From: Octopus vulgaris
Lineage: Eukaryota
Assembly (NCBI GenBank): GCA_951406725.2
Contig: OX597824.1
Location: forward strand, 2,294,001 to 2,358,000
Direction: 5' to 3'
DNA: 64,000 nt
Below are positions 59,031 to 64,000 of this stretch, in pieces. The translations under genes were made by a program, and so were the position numbers. Below the pieces are notes generated by a model, which saw nothing but the letters and a program-made list of their open reading frames with translations, did not search any database and was not told where the DNA came from. How positions within the stretch are numbered: the stretch's first letter is position 1; every line of letters begins with the position of its first letter.

Positions 59031-61151
59031 CTAGAATTCTCAATGAAATTATACTCTAACCTCTACAAAAGAAAACTATCAAGTTATCATATTGAATGAT
59101 TCATCGTTCGTACATTACGACCGATAACATTATGATGGTTGGTCATATCTGGAATAAATTTGATCATAATGCTCAGTCAGAGTTGACACCGAGCGAACCG
59201 ACAACAACATACTCTTATATAAAGAGTATCTTTTTCAAATACATCTATAGCATTATTCTTTGCTTTAGGAATATGTTTCTGAAACCAATGATCGAAAAAT
59301 ATTAAAAATAATTTCTTTTATGTGAAAAGTAAAAGAAAAGTGGATAATTTTTATAGAAAATTCTCTTGGAAATACTCCTTCTTTATAAAAATGATTTTAT
59401 CGATAAATTTCCGATATTACCATTTATTTCTTCAAGAATAGAACAATTTGTCAAGCAATAGACCAGTTCAAAATAGAAGTTATTCAAATGATTTAATGCC
59501 AAGCATTAACTTCTCTCTTATCTATATAAATAGTGTTTACATTGTGCAGTAAATGGATTGTGAAAATGATTCTACCGGTTCATTGACCAGGCTACAATAA
59601 TGTTTATATCTACTTAAATGTATCCCTGTGAATCACCTCCGCTAAATGAAACAGACATTAATTCTTTGGTGTATATTTGATTAGGTTAAACACATTTGTA
59701 TATAAAACCTGATATATTCTTCTGAAAGTAACACAGTGAAATTACACTTTATAAAGCAACAAATATAAGTGTTAGTAAAGTCTTCTTTCAATCGCTTGGT
59801 GTTGTTCACAATTAGAAAATAAAAGTCACAATTACAAAATAAAAGTCAGAGGCGTTTGCTTGATGAGTCTACTTTTCAGTATCGTTTCACTATTTTGTTT
59901 CGAAATTATGAGAACCGATATCCTTTGAAGCAGTCTGGTAATTATTTGGAGAAAAAAATAACGCAAATAGGGCCTCCATTAGAAATACAACCCACCACAA
60001 ATATAAATGAAATCTCTCTTCTTCTAACCAGAAATTATCATCTGAAAGAGAAGCGGACACGTAAGAGAATTTAGTCTTGGGTTATACAAAAAGACTCAAA
60101 GAAAGAAGTTCCTTTATTGACGTAATTCTCCAGTAAACAGAAAATCCAAAAATCACCCTTAGAATGTGGATAATAAAAGCATGGAAAAATGGATTTACGA
60201 TATTAATTTTAATATATTGTTTACAATTATTTCGTCAGTTCACTTTTTAACCAATTTTACCTCATGGTTTTTAACATGTCAGCAATTATTGATATAGCCT
60301 CATGAATTTCACAGCGCCCATATAAATCGATACTTCAGATGATCGAAAAAGGCAATATACTGACCAAATTGGCAATCTTGCCAATTTGTATTCTGGGCGG
60401 CTTTATAAAATTGGCGGTTCCCGAAAATCTTATTCATTCAAAGGAAAGACAGGAAGAGAAGTAATAAAAGGGACTCAAGAGAAGCACAACGAAATCGGGA
60501 AGGTAATTAGCTGGGCTGTGAATGATCGCTTACACAGTACACGGGATTAAATTAATAATTACAGACCTGCTAACGAACCTGACAAAAAGTGGTTAAAACG
60601 TGAATCGATTAAACAATTGTAAACAACATATAAAAAGAAATATTCGGTAATGTTTGAAATTTCTTTTGATGGAGTATCTTAATCTTTAGTGGAAAGAACG
60701 AATTATTCTCAAAGGCTGTATATAAGTCATTAAAACCACTGGACTAATTATGAAACAAGGTACTTATAGAGCTACTTCACAGAAACACATGGCTACAACC
60801 ACCCATAATTCGAGTGTCCTTTCGACCGTGCATAGCCATTGCATCGCGTATTACATGACATCTTAATACATTGACGTAGCAACGAAGTGATACCAATAAT
60901 TTCCTTTCCTAATCACGTGACAATCCTCAACAAATTAATGTGGATGCGAAAGGTAACCTTCCTAGTCATTATCTTTCCATGAAAACTAACGTAGATTTGA
61001 ACAAGAGGCGGCTAGAACCGTGAGTTAGCGACTTCCGTGTATATACCTCAGATCTTACACTTTTGAAAATGTTACAAACGTAAAACCACTCAGGACAATT
61101 AGATATGGATACAGAGTTATGTCTTATACACTCCTAATACATATCCAACTT

Positions 61152-61197
<46 letters not shown>

Positions 61198-61495
61198 CAC
61201 AAACATCCAATCTGCAACACTCTATATAAATTCCATACTGGGAATGACCAACTTTAAGAAAATCTTACATTGCTTATAAACATTACATCTGGATGGACTC
61301 ATATTAAACTCTGTTGGATTTTTGGATTTTACTCAAAGGATATTGGAATATTACACATATATTCCATTATGCCTATAAAACGGATTTATGAACTCAATAA
61401 CCATACATACCTTACATCTATTTTCTTTCCTCCACCGCACTCTCTATTTGTATCACATCGAAACTAACTATGACTTAAATTTTCCTCTCACACCA

Positions 61496-61545
61496 TCTCC
61501 GATGAAGGGATATTATTAATTAATATTTTAGAAACAGCTGTAAGA
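61496..61545 (+). ncRNA. Minimal type-I hammerhead-like motif (one core substitution) in the (TA)n-flanked element 61195-61610
   Basis: TCT-CCGATGA-A-GGGATATTA(TTAAT)TAATATTTT-A-GAAA-CAGCTG-TA-AGA. Confidence 0.55.
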
Positions 61546-61606
61546 CCTTCTATCTATAAATGCTTTAATATCTATACCTTGGTTTTTTTATCGCATTACG
61601 CAAAAA

Positions 61607-61644
<38 letters not shown>

Positions 61645-62252
61645 TATAAACTCATGTAAATAATATCAAGTGGCCAACATGCTATAAAACGTTGTGGTTA
61701 AACCCTAAATAACAATAATTATATATATATAAGTTCTATAATTATATAAGGGAACAGGGAAAAAAATCCTGCTCCTACATGTAAGAATACGTCAAAAGAC
61801 GTTATAAAACCACATTTAGCTCCTGCAAAGATACGGGTATATTTTCATGAGGAATAAATAGTTTACTGTAATGAAGCCAACACAAAAAAGCATTTTTGAA
61901 AACGTCTGCTGCTGTCCTTTATTTTCTCGTCCCCTTCTAGCTTGTATATACCGCTTGAACACATCCTGAAGATTACATGAAGGCACGAGACGTGTTATAA
62001 AGTTGTCTGTGTCGCTTAAATTGCAAGTAACTATTAGTACTTCAGAAGAATACATACTGTATATAATAAGCAACATATCGAAACTGCAGAGAAGATCCGG
62101 AACTCGACTGAAGATGGAACACTCCGAATGACCCGTCCTTGTTTTTAGTTTTTGTCCATTTTTGTATCGTCTGTCTGGATGTTTTGTTGTTGCCTGTTGC
62201 GGCCTTGTTCCATTTTTGTATTCTCTTTTTTTATACAAACACACACACATAT

Positions 62253-62363
<111 letters not shown>

Positions 62364-62381
62364 CATTTATATATTCGCGTG

Positions 62382-62412
<31 letters not shown>

Positions 62413-63609
62413 TTGTGTGTATAAATATATATATATACATACACACATAAATATTCAGTTATGGATATATGTATGCAGGTGGTGCTATTAAGTTAGACAT
62501 GGCCTGGACCAATCTCTGGTCGAAACATATCTAAGTTTTATCTAAGTTTTATATATATATATAAAATATTACTTTATAAAAATAGGGTAAAGTAAAATAA
62601 TTAATTTACCACACACCGAGCTACATATATACATATATACATAGATACATATATACATAGATACATATATACATAGACATGCATTTGTGAGTGTGTGCGT
62701 GCGTGTGTAATATTCAGCTATATTTTTTATATATCTCCATACGTAGGTCAATGAGACGGAATATTTATTTTTATTAATGTGAAATATATTTGTGTCTTTC
62801 CGCATTGGTGAACCCTATACTAGCGTTATGCATAAATTAATGTACTTTGTTTTTACTCTGTATTTATGTAGGTATGTGCATAGTCACATGGCCTTTTCAA
62901 AAGATCCATACGCAGGTATATGTATATAGTTGTGTGTGTGTGTGTATTTACATATATACATTTATATACACTTGCACTTAAACATTCATACATATACACA
63001 CGTGAACCCCCACACGTACATGTATATATATATATGCATGCATTATGTATATTTAAAAGCGTGTGTATATATCTGAGTAGGAGCTACTGTATTTTTGCGT
63101 AAATATTTTTATATAACTATATTAAAAGAAATAAAATATAATGTATACACAATTTCAGCTCCGTCGGGAAGAAACCTTTGAAGGATCTTTCTGAAGAAAG
63201 CATCGCATCTCTTCTTCTCGTTATGGTTGGTAAAAGCTGAGATAGGAATAAATGAACCGATATCACACCGGCCATATAAATGTATCGTTGTAGTTCATAT
63301 CACTTGATCGATTCCACTTTCAGCACATCCCAGCCTTTCATTGAAACTTCTTAACAACCCAGCCTAAACCTGCTTACACTCCCTATACTTTAATGGTCTG
63401 TTCTCATCGTATTACTCTAGGATAATATTTTCTATGGAAACATCTACGTAAAGCAGATTTAATCTTCAGGGAACGGCCTTGTTCGTGTTTCATATATTAT
63501 TAAAGTAAAATAATTTTTTTTAGGATTTCCTTTTCATATTTACTTTAATTAACACCCATTCTTTCTTTTATACACTCATATACACTTTTATACACTTTAT
63601 ATACACTCA

Positions 63610-64000
63610 TTCTTTCTTTTATTCTCTTACTTGTTTCAATCATTTCACTGCGGCCATGCTGGGGGCACCACCTTTTGTCAGACTGCCGGACTTATTCTTT
63701 GTAAGCCTATTACTTATTCTATCGGTCTATTTTGCCGAACCGCTAAGTTACGGGGACGTAAGCATACTAAAGTCTGTTGTCAAGCGATGGTGGGGAGACA
63801 AACATATACACACACGCACACACACACATACACATATACACATATACGACGGACTTGTTTTAGTTCCCGTCTGCCAAATCCACTCACAAGGCCTTGGCCG
63901 GCCCAATGCTATAGTAGAAGGTACTTGCCCAAGGTGCCATGCAGTGGGACTGAACCTGGAACCATGTAGTTGGGAAGCATGCTTCTTACCACACAGCCAC
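63610..64000 (-). mobile_element. tRNA-derived SINE family S4 with internal (CA)n; head runs off the window end
   Basis: Minus strand GTGGCTGTGTGGTAAGAAG..GGTTCAGTCCCACTGC..CTTGGGCAAG; tail CCAGCATGGCCGCAG..TGAAACAAGTAAGAGAA. Confidence 0.88.

Overview
AT-rich, microsatellite-dense animal genomic DNA. The SINE and repeat content looks cephalopod (Octopus-like; inferred). No host protein-coding gene is recognisable, and almost all ORF-track entries are microsatellite translations or chance ORFs. Main contents: (1) restriction-like-endonuclease (RLE) non-LTR retrotransposons of the R4/Dong type, including one young 5'-truncated copy with an uninterrupted 586-aa RT-CCHC-RLE frame (30478-32238, minus) and shorter relics that nearly all sit in (AAT)n arrays in the same orientation; (2) at least four tRNA-derived SINE families, one with a dimeric form and clear TSDs; (3) Tc1/mariner relics, including a mariner with two inverted 5' ends nested in a SINE; (4) two RTE 3' ends; (5) several short non-coding repeats, mostly next to (TA)n, carrying minimal hammerhead-ribozyme motifs with palindromic stem III, plus two long fold-back palindromes, which is typical of Penelope-like/retrozyme termini; (6) a ~10.4-kb near-identical direct duplication around a 100-N gap (25594-36038 / 36139-46528), most likely an unmerged haplotype overlap.
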